From positions 480,001 through 544,000 of the forward strand of contig CAXXOA010000001.1 of the NCBI GenBank assembly GCA_963666275.2: a DNA stretch of 64,000 nucleotides. Direction: 5' to 3'. Position numbers and translations under genes: made by a program. Shown in pieces: positions 1 to 9,202 of the stretch. The first letter of the stretch is position 1. Every line of letters starts with the position of its first letter. Under the pieces are notes generated by a model. It was not told where the DNA came from and made no database searches. It was given only the letters and a program-made list of their open reading frames with translations. This DNA is from Oceanispirochaeta sp. (GTDB taxonomy: Bacteria; Spirochaetota; Spirochaetia; DSM-2461).

Positions 1-666
1 TCCCACATCGGCAAATCCCCGGGCTTCCATGTATTTCATGAAGCGGGCCTGATAGATGGCCTGTATCGGGCCAAGCCCCATGGATACAGTGGGGAACTGC
101 CAGAAGTCGGGCATCAGCCAGGGATGGGGATAGGAGGACAGCCCTTTCCCCTCGGTTTCCTCTCTGAAATGATTCAGCTGTTCTTCCGTCAGCCGCCCTT
201 CCAGAAAGGCTCTTGAATACATTCCCGGTGAGGAGTGCCCCTGAAAAAAGATCAGGTCGCTGCCGTTTTCCGCTTTGGGGCCTTTGAAAAAATAGTCAAA
301 TCCCACTTCGTAAAGGGCCGCGCTGGAAGCGAAACTGGCGATGTGCCCTCCCAGGCCTGTTCCTTTTCTGTTGGCTTTGACAACCATGGCCATGGCATTC
401 CATCTCACATAGGAGGCCAGGTCCCGGGCAAGCAGCGTATCACCGGGCATCTTTTCAGACTGATCCGGTGGAATCGTATTTATATAGGGGGTTGTGGCCT
501 TGTAGGGAATCTTAATACCCATTTTTCTGGCCTGATCTATAAGATTCTGAATAAGGTAATGGGCTTTCTCATTTCCTTCTTCTGCAATAACCGCTTCGAG
601 AGCTTCCAGCCATTCTCTGGTTTCTTCAGGATCGATATCCTCAAATAGTTCGTTGTAATCCGACAT
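1..666 (-). CDS. aceE: Pyruvate dehydrogenase E1 component (homodimeric AceE type), 5' part; runs off the window start
   Basis: Manual minus-strand translation from ATG at 666 gives MSDYNELFEDIDPEETREWLEAL...TPYINTIP...RWNAMAMVVKAN...GGHIASFASSA...FFQGHSSPG...GLSSYPHPWLMPDFWQFPTVSMGLGP, the AceE signatures. Confidence 0.95.
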   Translation of the reverse strand, partial: MSDYNELFEDIDPEETREWLEALEAVIAEEGNEKAHYLIQNLIDQARKMGIKIPYKATTPYINTIPPDQSEKMPGDTLLARDLASYVRWNAMAMVVKANRKGTGLGGHIASFASSAALYEVGFDYFFKGPKAENGSDLIFFQGHSSPGMYSRAFLEGRLTEEQLNHFREETEGKGLSSYPHPWLMPDFWQFPTVSMGLGPIQAIYQARFMKYMEARGFADVG

Positions 667-942
667 TTTTTCCTCTCGTTGTTGTGGATTTAAGGATTGG
701 AGATTAATTACTATCATCCTTATAGTCATAAAGGATGAGATATAAATATCTGTAATTCAAATTTTTATCCGGAAAAAAGGGGGATTTCCTCGCTTCGAAA
801 GCAATATATTACGAAAATACTACTATTTTGTGTCTTTTCTGCAGAAACCGGACTCCTGAAGGGATTTCCCGAAAGGGCGTGTCTAAAAGGAAGAGGTCCT
901 GTATAATTAATAGGAATGCCCAGTCCAAGGAGAATATTTTTT

Positions 943-2787
943 ATGAGACATTCCAGAGTCCAGAGAAAGAATCCGGTTCTTTCCGGTATCTTTTTATTAC
1001 TGCTTTCGGTTTTATTTTTCACATCCTGTGCCAGTTCTGAAGCCAGAGCCGCCAGAAGGGGAGACCTGGATGCGGTAAAGGAATTTATCGATGACGGAGG
1101 AGATGTCAATGAACGGCAGAGAGGAGGGATGACCCTTCTTATGTACGCCTCCGCCGGCGGACAGGTCCCTACCATCGATTACCTTGTCAGTGTGGGAGCT
1201 GATGTCCACATGAAAGATGACAACGGACTGACGGCTCTGATACACGGTGCCTCCTCCGGTCAGAACGGTTCGGTCAACTCCCTTCTTTCCCATGGTTCCG
1301 ATGTGAATGCCGTAACCAATTCCGGGCAGAGTGCCCTGCTGATTGCCGCATCCAGTGATTACTCCGCTCTGGTTCAGACTCTGCTGGCCGCCGGGGGGGA
1401 TTTCCGGAAAATGGATAATGCCGGATGGAACCCCCTGCTGAAGGGACTGCAGAAAAGTGCCGGCGATCCATCGGGTATCAATCAGTCTTCCATGCTGCTT
1501 TTTCAGGCCGGCGCGGATTTCCGGGTCGACGAGAAACCTGTGAGCACCGTAGCCTTCACAGCGGCCGGTTCGGGCAACCGGGATGTTTTTCAGCTCCTTC
1601 TGGACCGGGGGCTTAATCCCGGCATGACTGACAGCAAGGGAAACACTCTTCTCCATGCGGCGGCAGCCCGTCCGGAAATGCTTTCCTTCCTTATGGATCT
1701 GGGGCTGAATCCGAATATGCAGAATTCCCAGGGAGAAACCCCTCTGGTCACGGCAGTGCAGAAGGGAAATCAGAAATCCATTGAGACACTTCTGTTCAGG
1801 GGTGCCAATACGGAAATTCCCGATAAAAACAGAAAAACACCCCTCCTTCACGGAGCGCAGAGTTCTAATGTGGAAATCGTGCGGCTCCTCCTGATGAGCG
1901 GTGCCAATCCCTATATTGCAGACAATCAGGGCAACAGCGCTCTTCACCTGGCGGCCGCCGGGGGCAATACCGAAACCGTAAGACTCCTGCTGACAGCGGG
2001 AATCTTTGTGGATGCCAGGAATCTGGCAGGCCAGACCGCCTATGATCTTTCCTTTGAAAATCAGCAGTATGGTGAACAGATCCGGCAGCTCCTGATTTCA
2101 GCCGGTGCCACTGTTCCTGTTGATCCGGCTCAGGCTACCCAGGCGGCACCCGCGACCTCCGGTCCGGCGGGTTTCTCCTCCTCCGCAGCAGCGTCATCGG
2201 CAGGTCCTGCAGGGAGTGCCTCTGCTCCTTCAGCACCATCCTCAGCGGCATCTCAGCCCCAGGCTCCCACTGCGTCTTCTCAGGCTCCTGCAGCATCTAC
2301 ACAGGCTCCTGCGGCAACTACACAGGCCCCGGCAGCAACTACACAGGCTCCGACAGCAACTCAGGCCCCTGCAGCAACTACACAGGCCCCTGCAGCAACT
2401 ACACCGGCACCGACAGCAACTACACCGGCACCTGCGGCTCCTGTCGCCTTAACTTATTCCGTCCGATTCAGCTGGCCCCGGATCAATCCCTCCAGAGCCA
2501 GAGGATGGAACAACAGCGATAAAATCACAGATCAGGCTGTCCTGTCTCTTGTTTATACCGATGGAGGGAACCTTCTCTCTGAAACAGTGACAATCCCCCT
2601 GAAAGGTGTCAATGCCGATGCCTTCTATCTGGACCGGAGAGTTACCATAGAGTCGGGAAGGAGCGTGACAGGGACAGTTTCCATCAGAACCAGAATGGGC
2701 GGGACTTTAACAGGCCGGGTCAGCTCCAGTGCCGGAGAAGGCGGCAGCCTGAATCTCTCTTTCGAATCTTTTCAATACTCCCGATAA
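943..2787 (+). CDS. Ankyrin-repeat lipoprotein with Ala/Pro/Thr/Gln-rich linker and an unassigned C-terminal domain
   Basis: AAGGAG upstream of ATG 943; hydrophobic signal ending FTSC (lipobox); many G-x-T/S-x-L-x-x-A ankyrin repeats; QAPAATT repeats. Confidence 0.88.
   Translation: MRHSRVQRKNPVLSGIFLLLLSVLFFTSCASSEARAARRGDLDAVKEFIDDGGDVNERQRGGMTLLMYASAGGQVPTIDYLVSVGADVHMKDDNGLTALIHGASSGQNGSVNSLLSHGSDVNAVTNSGQSALLIAASSDYSALVQTLLAAGGDFRKMDNAGWNPLLKGLQKSAGDPSGINQSSMLLFQAGADFRVDEKPVSTVAFTAAGSGNRDVFQLLLDRGLNPGMTDSKGNTLLHAAAARPEMLSFLMDLGLNPNMQNSQGETPLVTAVQKGNQKSIETLLFRGANTEIPDKNRKTPLLHGAQSSNVEIVRLLLMSGANPYIADNQGNSALHLAAAGGNTETVRLLLTAGIFVDARNLAGQTAYDLSFENQQYGEQIRQLLISAGATVPVDPAQATQAAPATSGPAGFSSSAAASSAGPAGSASAPSAPSSAASQPQAPTASSQAPAASTQAPAATTQAPAATTQAPTATQAPAATTQAPAATTPAPTATTPAPAAPVALTYSVRFSWPRINPSRARGWNNSDKITDQAVLSLVYTDGGNLLSETVTIPLKGVNADAFYLDRRVTIESGRSVTGTVSIRTRMGGTLTGRVSSSAGEGGSLNLSFESFQYSR
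2260..2436 (+). repeat. Coding tandem repeat of about 8 x 21 bp (CAGGC(T/C)CC(T/G)GCAGCAACTACA), encoding QAPAATT
   Basis: Imperfect 21-nt units visible directly; one unit shortened to 18 nt. Confidence 0.9.
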
Positions 2788-2796
2788 ATCCATCTT

Positions 2797-2834
2797 GCAT
2801 GTGTATTTGCCCGAAATCGGGTAAATACACATGC
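2797..2834. terminator. 18-bp stem hairpin after the ankyrin gene
   Basis: GCATGTGTATTTGCCCGA-AA-TCGGGTAAATACACATGC, one G-T pair. Confidence 0.65.
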
Positions 2835-2901
2835 GAAAAAGCCCTTTTTCTGCCAGATGAATGGAAAATGACCGATATCTGATGTATACAGGGTATTGTA
2901 T

Positions 2902-3174
2902 ATGGCTGAAATTGATCTGGATGAACAGTTTAAAAACTACCTTCTCACAACCTATCCTCTTTCAGAGTCTCTCCTTATGAACATTCTTGATGATCTGGGG
3001 GAGTATTTCGGAACCTCTTTGGAGGAGTATATCCCCGCAAGGCAGCGGGAACTCCATCAGCAGGGAAAGAAGAATGATGAGATTTACAGGATTATTCAGG
3101 AAGAAGTGAAGGGGAAACTGTTTCCCGGTCCAGATCTTTCCATAAGACAGATACGAAGAGCCATTTACGGTTGA
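2902..3174 (+). CDS. Small hypothetical protein immediately upstream of glmS
   Basis: About 90-aa ORF ending ...PDLSIRQIRRAIYG, 27 nt before the glmS ATG. Confidence 0.75.
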   Translation: MAEIDLDEQFKNYLLTTYPLSESLLMNILDDLGEYFGTSLEEYIPARQRELHQQGKKNDEIYRIIQEEVKGKLFPGPDLSIRQIRRAIYG

Positions 3175-3201
3175 ATTTGCCTATAAAAACAGGAGAAAAG
3201 T

Positions 3202-5034
3202 ATGTGCGGTATTGTTGGATATCTGGGTAACAGGGACGCTGTTCCCGTTCTGATGCAGGGGCTGAAACAGCTGGAGTACAGAGGGTATGATTCATCGGGA
3301 ATCGGAGTGCTCCATAGAAAGAAAATCCGTGTTGTCAAAGAGAAAGGCAAACTGGATATGCTGGAGAAGAAACTGACCGAAGGCCTGGGATCCAATATCG
3401 GAATCGCCCATACAAGATGGGCAACCCATGGCGGGGTTACCACGGAAAATGCCCATCCCCATAGCGGACCGAAAGGCCTGGTTGCCGTGGTTCATAACGG
3501 TATCATTGATAACTTCGCTGTTCTGAAACAGGAACTGGAAGAGATGGGAAACACCTTCATCAGCGAAACAGACTCGGAAGTGGTGGCCCACCTTGTGGAA
3601 GCTTATATGGAACTGGGGCCTGAGCAGGCTGTCTCCAAAGCCCTCTCCCGTCTGGACGGAACCTATGGAATGCTCTTTCTTTTCCGGGATCATCCCGATC
3701 TGATTATAGGCGCCCGTAACGGAAGTCCTCTTGTTATCGGAATCGGCAAGGACGAAATGTTTTTCGCTTCCGATGCCCTGGCATTTGCCGGATACACCCA
3801 TCATGCCGTTTTTGTGGATGACGGAGAGATGGTCATCATGAACAGCAAAACCTACCGCGTTGTGAACCGGAACAATATCGTCATTGACAAGAGCGTGGAG
3901 GAACTGGTTCATCTGAAATCCAATGTGAAAGACAAGGGGAAGTACGACAGCTTCCTTGAAAAAGAGATCTTCGAGCAGCCCGACTCTGTTTTCCGTGCCA
4001 TGGGGCAGGGGGGACGGCTCCTTCCGGATTTCGGTACCGCCCTGTTAGGGGGCCTCAATATGGAGAAGCGGGAGTTTTATGACATCCGGAAAATCCATAT
4101 ACTGGCTATGGGAACTGCCATGCATGCGGGGGACCTGGCTAAATATATTATAGAAGATCTTGCACGCATTCCCGTGGAGGTCTCCGATGCTTCGGAGCTC
4201 TGCGGCGTCAATCCCATAGTCGATAAGGACACCCTTTTTATCGCCATCAGCCAGTCCGGTGAAACCCGGGATACCATCGCGGCTGTTCAGGAGATCAAAC
4301 AGAAAGGGGGCCGGGTCCTGGGAGTGATCAATGCGGTGGGTTCCACCCTGGCAAGACTGACCGACGGGGGAGCCTATATCCATGCGGGTGCCGAATACTC
4401 GGTGGCCAGTACCAAGGCTTTTACAAGTCAGGTTACAGTCCTGACCCTGCTGGCTTTGATGATCGGCCGGACAAGGGATATCTCCCTGAACAGAGGGAAG
4501 GAACTTGTCAGCGAGCTGATGCAGATTCCCGATAAAATCCGACAGATCCTGAGCCGGACCGATGAGATTAAAAAGATGGGTGAGTTCCTCAAGGATTACC
4601 AGAGTATCCTTTATATGGGACGGGGACTGAACTATCCCATTGCCAAAGAAGCGGCCCTGAAACTGAAGGAAGTTACCTATATCCATGCGGAGGCCTACAG
4701 TGCGGGCTCTCTGAAGCACGGTCCTCTGGCTCTGATCAGCGAAGAGATGCCTTCGGTCTTTATCTGTACCCGGGGAGAGTATCAGGAAAAAACCATAAGC
4801 AATATCCAGGAGGTCCGGGCCCGGAATGGCAAAGTCCTTGTGATTTCCAACTATGAGGATGAAAACCTGAGAAGTGTAGCGGATCAGCTCTTTGTGGTTC
4901 CCGAATCGGATCCTCTGCTGTCCCCGCTGCTTACCATGATCCCCTGCCAGCTGCTGGGGCTGTATGCGGCCGAAGCCCTGGGCCGGGATGTGGACCAGCC
5001 CAGAAACCTGGCCAAGTCGGTTACCACGGACTGA
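3202..5034 (+). CDS. glmS: Glutamine--fructose-6-phosphate aminotransferase
   Basis: MCGIVGY N-terminal Cys, LEYRGYDS, HTRWATHG, SQSGET, ASTKAFT, PRNLAKSVT. Confidence 0.97.
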   Translation: MCGIVGYLGNRDAVPVLMQGLKQLEYRGYDSSGIGVLHRKKIRVVKEKGKLDMLEKKLTEGLGSNIGIAHTRWATHGGVTTENAHPHSGPKGLVAVVHNGIIDNFAVLKQELEEMGNTFISETDSEVVAHLVEAYMELGPEQAVSKALSRLDGTYGMLFLFRDHPDLIIGARNGSPLVIGIGKDEMFFASDALAFAGYTHHAVFVDDGEMVIMNSKTYRVVNRNNIVIDKSVEELVHLKSNVKDKGKYDSFLEKEIFEQPDSVFRAMGQGGRLLPDFGTALLGGLNMEKREFYDIRKIHILAMGTAMHAGDLAKYIIEDLARIPVEVSDASELCGVNPIVDKDTLFIAISQSGETRDTIAAVQEIKQKGGRVLGVINAVGSTLARLTDGGAYIHAGAEYSVASTKAFTSQVTVLTLLALMIGRTRDISLNRGKELVSELMQIPDKIRQILSRTDEIKKMGEFLKDYQSILYMGRGLNYPIAKEAALKLKEVTYIHAEAYSAGSLKHGPLALISEEMPSVFICTRGEYQEKTISNIQEVRARNGKVLVISNYEDENLRSVADQLFVVPESDPLLSPLLTMIPCQLLGLYAAEALGRDVDQPRNLAKSVTTD

Positions 5035-5122
5035 TCTATTAGAGTTCCACTTCTGCTTCCATGGATATCTTTCCAGCGGAAGGGGATATCCTGATATTCA
5101 TTCAGAACCAAATAATTAGATA

Positions 5123-5154
5123 GGGGAATCTGCCGGTGCAGGTTCCCTTTTTTT
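5123..5154 (+). terminator. Intrinsic terminator after glmS
   Basis: GGGAATCTGC-CGGT-GCAGGTTCCC followed by a T tract. Confidence 0.75.
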
Positions 5155-5241
5155 CTTTCTTTTTTGAATCCCCCAATAATATCTATTACAATGAATTTAT
5201 ATATTACAAATATAATAATATATTTAAAGGTGAGGTACTAT

Positions 5242-5754
5242 ATGAAAAAAATACTGACACTGATTCATAACGATTTTGAAGATCTGGAATACTGGTACCC
5301 TGTTCTGCGGCTCAGGGAAGCCGGCTATACCGTTGACGTTGCCGGAGAAGAGAAGGATTTCAAATACATAGGCAAGTACGGAGTACCCGCATTTTCCAAT
5401 TTTGCCTACACAGATGTGAATGCATCCGAATATGATGGGCTCCTTATTCCCGGGGGATGGGCGCCTGATAAAATCCGGAGATTTCCGGAAGTTCTGGAAC
5501 TGGTGAGGCAGATGGATGAAGAGGGAAAGGTTATCGGCCAGATCTGCCATGCCGGATGGGTGACCATTTCGGCGGGAATCCTGCAAGGACGGGTTGTTAC
5601 AAGTACACCGGGAATCCGGGATGATATGGAAAATGCCGGAGCCCACTGGCAGGATGAACCGGTCGTTGTGGATAAAAATCTGGTCTCCAGCCGACGGCCC
5701 CCGGATATCCCGGCTTATATGAAGGCGTATCTGGAGGTTTTGGAAGCTTTATAG
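5242..5754 (+). CDS. PfpI/DJ-1 family protein (type 1 glutamine amidotransferase-like domain)
   Basis: FEDLE, IPGGWAPD, ICHAGW nucleophile elbow, SSRRPPD; start moved to MKKIL behind GAGG. Confidence 0.92.
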   Translation: MKKILTLIHNDFEDLEYWYPVLRLREAGYTVDVAGEEKDFKYIGKYGVPAFSNFAYTDVNASEYDGLLIPGGWAPDKIRRFPEVLELVRQMDEEGKVIGQICHAGWVTISAGILQGRVVTSTPGIRDDMENAGAHWQDEPVVVDKNLVSSRRPPDIPAYMKAYLEVLEAL

Positions 5755-6140
5755 ACAGATCCTCTATCTCCTTAAGGCGATCTCTTCCAAAACAGACTAC
5801 CATGGCCTCTCTTTCTTTTTCTGCCGGCAAAGCCTTTTCAGGACGGATCCTCCGGACAGGATAACTTTTGCAGCAAACTGAGTGTAAAGAGGTGATTCTC
5901 CTTCTTCCTTTGAACAACCATCCCATTGGACAGAAAAACTGTATCCCCCCTAAAATGGTACTTAAATGTATATTTTACGAATACGATAAACGAATATAAA
6001 TACGATGGTATCTATAGAATACGTTTAATATACTTTAAAATATCCGAAAAACATATTTTCCTATTGATTAAAACAGAGGAAATCAGTATTCTGGCAAAAT
6101 ATTTTTTGAATTATGAGTGTATAAATATTCATAATTCCTT

Positions 6141-6167
6141 CCGGGTAAGTGTCTTTCCCGGTTTTTT
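6141..6167 (+). promoter_or_regulatory. Terminator-like hairpin plus U tract in the leader of the DUF1445 operon
   Basis: CCGGGTAAG-TGT-CTTTCCCGG-TTTTTT ending 22 nt before ATG 6189. Confidence 0.4.
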
Positions 6168-6188
6168 ATTCTAAGTTACGAGGGTTTT

Positions 6189-6968
6189 ATGTATAAAACA
6201 GCCAAAGATGTTCGACAGGCCTGCAGAGTTCAGGAATGGACAGGCCCTACAGCCGGTCTGGCCAGGGGGCATGTTCAGGCCAACCTGGCTATTCTTCCGG
6301 CCGACTGGGCACAGGATTTTCTCCTGTTCGCCCAGAGAAATCCTAAACCCTGTCCTGTCCTTGAAGTAGGAGAGGCCGGTTCTCCCCTTACAAGTATCAT
6401 TGCGGAAAACGCCAATATCTGCACGGATCTTCCCAAATACCGTGTGTACAGGGACGGAGAACTCACCGAGGAGTGCTCTGACATTTCAGATCTGTGGCAG
6501 GATGACTTTGTTTTTTTCCTTATCGGATGCAGTTTTTCCTTTGAACAGGCACTCCTGGCGGATGGCCTGGAAGTCCGTCATATTACGGAAAATGTGAATG
6601 TACCCATGTACAGAACCAATCTGATGTGCCGGGATGCGGGACGTTTCAAAGAGGTTCCCATGGTTGTGAGCATGCGGCCCTATGAACCGAAAGATGCTAT
6701 CCGCTCCATAGAAATTACCCGGGATTTTCCTGCGGTACATGGAAGCCCCGTACACATTGCCAAACCGGAAATGATAGGCATTTCGGATATTAACACTCCC
6801 GATTACGGAGACGCTGTGACAATTAAAGAGAATGAAATACCCGTTTTCTGGGCCTGCGGTGTTACCCCCCAGTCTGCTGCGGTTGTGGCAAAGCCCCCCC
6901 TTATGATTACCCACGCACCGGGACATATGTTTATAGGAGATCTTTATGACAACGACTTTAAAATCTGA
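6189..6968 (+). CDS. DUF1445 / D-glutamate cyclase-family putative hydro-lyase (YcsI-like)
   Basis: QANLAILP, RNPKPCP, TDLPKY, GCSFSFE, MVVSMRP, FWACGVTPQ, ITHAPGHM. Confidence 0.92.
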   Translation: MYKTAKDVRQACRVQEWTGPTAGLARGHVQANLAILPADWAQDFLLFAQRNPKPCPVLEVGEAGSPLTSIIAENANICTDLPKYRVYRDGELTEECSDISDLWQDDFVFFLIGCSFSFEQALLADGLEVRHITENVNVPMYRTNLMCRDAGRFKEVPMVVSMRPYEPKDAIRSIEITRDFPAVHGSPVHIAKPEMIGISDINTPDYGDAVTIKENEIPVFWACGVTPQSAAVVAKPPLMITHAPGHMFIGDLYDNDFKI

Positions 6969-7851
6969 GTCTGTGAAGAGTCATGCCGATCAGGCCCGAT
7001 TCATAGAAAATCTGATTCAGCAGGACCCCGGAAAAAGGGGACTGGCAAACTGGGCTGTCCGGAATCATATCCTCCCGGCGACCGAGTCCCTGATGGGGGG
7101 AGAACACATCCTTCTGACTACAGGCTTTTTCATTAAAAATGCGGGGGTTATCGAGACTGACGGACCTCCCGGGGCCATTATCCTGGCGGATGCCCTCATC
7201 AAACTGGGTAAGTCTGTCACCATCATAGTGGATTCCCACTCTGTGGATATCATGAAAGCGGGATTTTCTTCCATCAACAGGGATATTGAGATCATCGGTT
7301 ATGACAGGGATGACAATCTTCTGGAGAAAAATCCTGTCCGCCCCGACACGACCCATTTTATTGCCATAGAGCGTCCCGGTCAGGCTGCGGACGGGAAATA
7401 CTACAATTTCAGAGGAGACGACATCTCTGCGGCTGTGTCTCCGGTGGATCAGCTTTTCCGCTACTGTTCCGGGAAGGGAATCGTGACCATCGGTATCGGC
7501 GACGGCGGGAATGAACTGGGTATGGGAATTGTTTCGGGCAATGTGGATCTCCATGTGGCTCCCGGCAGGGCTTTCAGCTGTAAAACCGATGCCCTCCACT
7601 GTGTGTGCGCCGGAGTCAGCAACTGGGCCGGTTACGGCAAAGCGGCTCTTCTCTCTCTGATGGCGGAAGAGAACCTTCTTCCCAGTCCCGAAGTCTTCGC
7701 CCGTATCCTGAATGCGGTGGTCGATGCAGGGGCGGTGGATGGCGTCAGCGGACGGCGGGAAGCCACTGTGGATGGCCTTGACGCCTCCTGGGAGTTCAAT
7801 CTGTTCGGACAGATGTACGATCTGGCATCCACCGCAGGAAAGGCCTGCTGA
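6946..7851 (+). CDS. DUF4392 / glutamate cyclase domain protein
   Basis: TTGF, ETDGPPGA, IERPG..DG.YYN.RG, IGIGDGGNELGMG, GVSNW, GAVDG. Confidence 0.88.
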   Translation: MTTTLKSESVKSHADQARFIENLIQQDPGKRGLANWAVRNHILPATESLMGGEHILLTTGFFIKNAGVIETDGPPGAIILADALIKLGKSVTIIVDSHSVDIMKAGFSSINRDIEIIGYDRDDNLLEKNPVRPDTTHFIAIERPGQAADGKYYNFRGDDISAAVSPVDQLFRYCSGKGIVTIGIGDGGNELGMGIVSGNVDLHVAPGRAFSCKTDALHCVCAGVSNWAGYGKAALLSLMAEENLLPSPEVFARILNAVVDAGAVDGVSGRREATVDGLDASWEFNLFGQMYDLASTAGKAC

Positions 7852-7852
7852 T

Positions 7853-8473
7853 ATGAAGATCTATCCGCTGGGAGACTCCTGCCTGTGCTGGTCCCTGTCC
7901 GATGGGATAGACCAGAAGATTTCAGCCAGAATCCTCGCTGTCTACCGCTTCCTCAAAGAGAGCGGCAGGGAAGAGAAGGGGATCCTCGATCTGGTCCCCT
8001 CCTATAATGCCCTGGCTGTGCATTTTGATCCTCTGACAACAGACAGCCAGGCACTGGAAGCCTATGTCTCCTCTGTGTTTGAAAGGGATTTTTCCGATGG
8101 AGCATTGGCCGGGAAAACCGTTGAAATTCCGGTCCGTTATGACGGAGAGGATCTTCAGCGGGTGGCGGATCTGCACAATATGACAGTGAGAGAGGTGATC
8201 GATCGACACAAGGGGAGTACCTTTACTGTTGCCATGGTGGGATTCCTTCCCAACTTTCCCTATCTGATAGGGCTGGATCCGGAACTGGAAACTCCCCGTC
8301 TCGACAGTCCCCGGGTCAAAGTGCCTGCCGGAGCTGTTGCCATCGGAGGCGCCCAGACAGGGATTTATCCGGCAGAATCCCCGGGAGGATGGAATCTCAT
8401 AGGATCCACCGATCCGGCTCATCTCTTATCCATCCAGCCGGGAGATACAGTCATTATGAAGGAGATAGATTGA
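7853..8473 (+). CDS. pxpB: 5-oxoprolinase subunit B (allophanate hydrolase subunit 1 / KipI-like)
   Basis: PLGD, DLVPSY, IPVRYDGEDL, GFLPNFPYL, PRLDSPR, GAVAIGG, YPAESPGGWNLIG; start at ATG 7853. Confidence 0.9.
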   Translation: MKIYPLGDSCLCWSLSDGIDQKISARILAVYRFLKESGREEKGILDLVPSYNALAVHFDPLTTDSQALEAYVSSVFERDFSDGALAGKTVEIPVRYDGEDLQRVADLHNMTVREVIDRHKGSTFTVAMVGFLPNFPYLIGLDPELETPRLDSPRVKVPAGAVAIGGAQTGIYPAESPGGWNLIGSTDPAHLLSIQPGDTVIMKEID

Positions 8474-9201
8474 TGCATATCAATTGCGATATAGGAGAAA
8501 GGGGTGCTGACCATCCCGTCGATAGAGAGCTGATGAATCACATCAGCCTGGCCAATATTGCCTGCGGAGGCCATGCGGGAGACAGGGAGAGCATTGAGGC
8601 TTTCCTCGCTCTGGCAAAGAAAAACAAGGTTTCTGTGTCTGCTCATTTATCCTATCCCGACAGGGAGAATTTCGGAAGATTTTCCATGGACATTTCAACC
8701 CGGGATCTTCTGAAGAGCCTGGACGATCAGTTTGCCCTGATGGGCGGGGCGGAAATGGTGAAATTCCATGGGGCTCTCTATAACGACTGCTGGGTAAACC
8801 GGGATCTCTCCAGAGATCTGGCCTCCTGGCTGAACAGTCAGGGTGTAAAGACAGTGGTCACTCCCTATCAGTCCTGTCTGGCCGAAGAGAGCCTGAATCT
8901 GGGAATGGATGTTTTATACGAAGCCTTTGCTGAGAGACGCTATGCCTATGATCCTGAAAAGGGGCAGCTGACCCTTGTCAGCCGGAATCTGGATTATGCG
9001 TCCATTCATGATCTGGATGAGGCCGTTTCCCACGCTATGCATATTCTGACCAATAAGGAAGTGGAGGGGCACATCTCTCTGGCGGATGGTTCGGTCAGAA
9101 AAGAACCCGTTGAGATCAAGGCCGATACGATCTGTATTCATTCGGATTCTCCTATTTCACTCGAACTGGCACAGCGGCTTTCGGGGCAGAACGCAGGCTG
9201 A
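8473..9201 (+). CDS. pxpA: 5-oxoprolinase subunit A (LamB/YcsF family)
   Basis: INCDIGE, ANIACGGHAGD, AHLSYPDRENFGR, KFHGALYN, TICIHSD; TGATG overlap with pxpB. Confidence 0.9.
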   Translation: MHINCDIGERGADHPVDRELMNHISLANIACGGHAGDRESIEAFLALAKKNKVSVSAHLSYPDRENFGRFSMDISTRDLLKSLDDQFALMGGAEMVKFHGALYNDCWVNRDLSRDLASWLNSQGVKTVVTPYQSCLAEESLNLGMDVLYEAFAERRYAYDPEKGQLTLVSRNLDYASIHDLDEAVSHAMHILTNKEVEGHISLADGSVRKEPVEIKADTICIHSDSPISLELAQRLSGQNAG

Positions 9202-9202
9202 T

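Noticed and set aside
235..648. 137-aa plus-strand ORF
   Set aside because: Antisense shadow of aceE, which has clear motifs on the minus strand
3174..3202. glmS ribozyme
   Set aside because: Only 27 nt between the upstream ORF and glmS, and no ribozyme core recognised
5597..6174. ORFs 5597-5926 (-) and 5926-6174 (+), and a possible riboswitch at 5755-5925
   Set aside because: No recognisable protein motifs or known aptamer consensus; treated as intergenic
7849..7855. Selenocysteine readthrough or frameshift fusion at TGA junctions in the pxp operon
   Set aside because: Each downstream gene has its own ATG in a different frame, which is ordinary translational coupling
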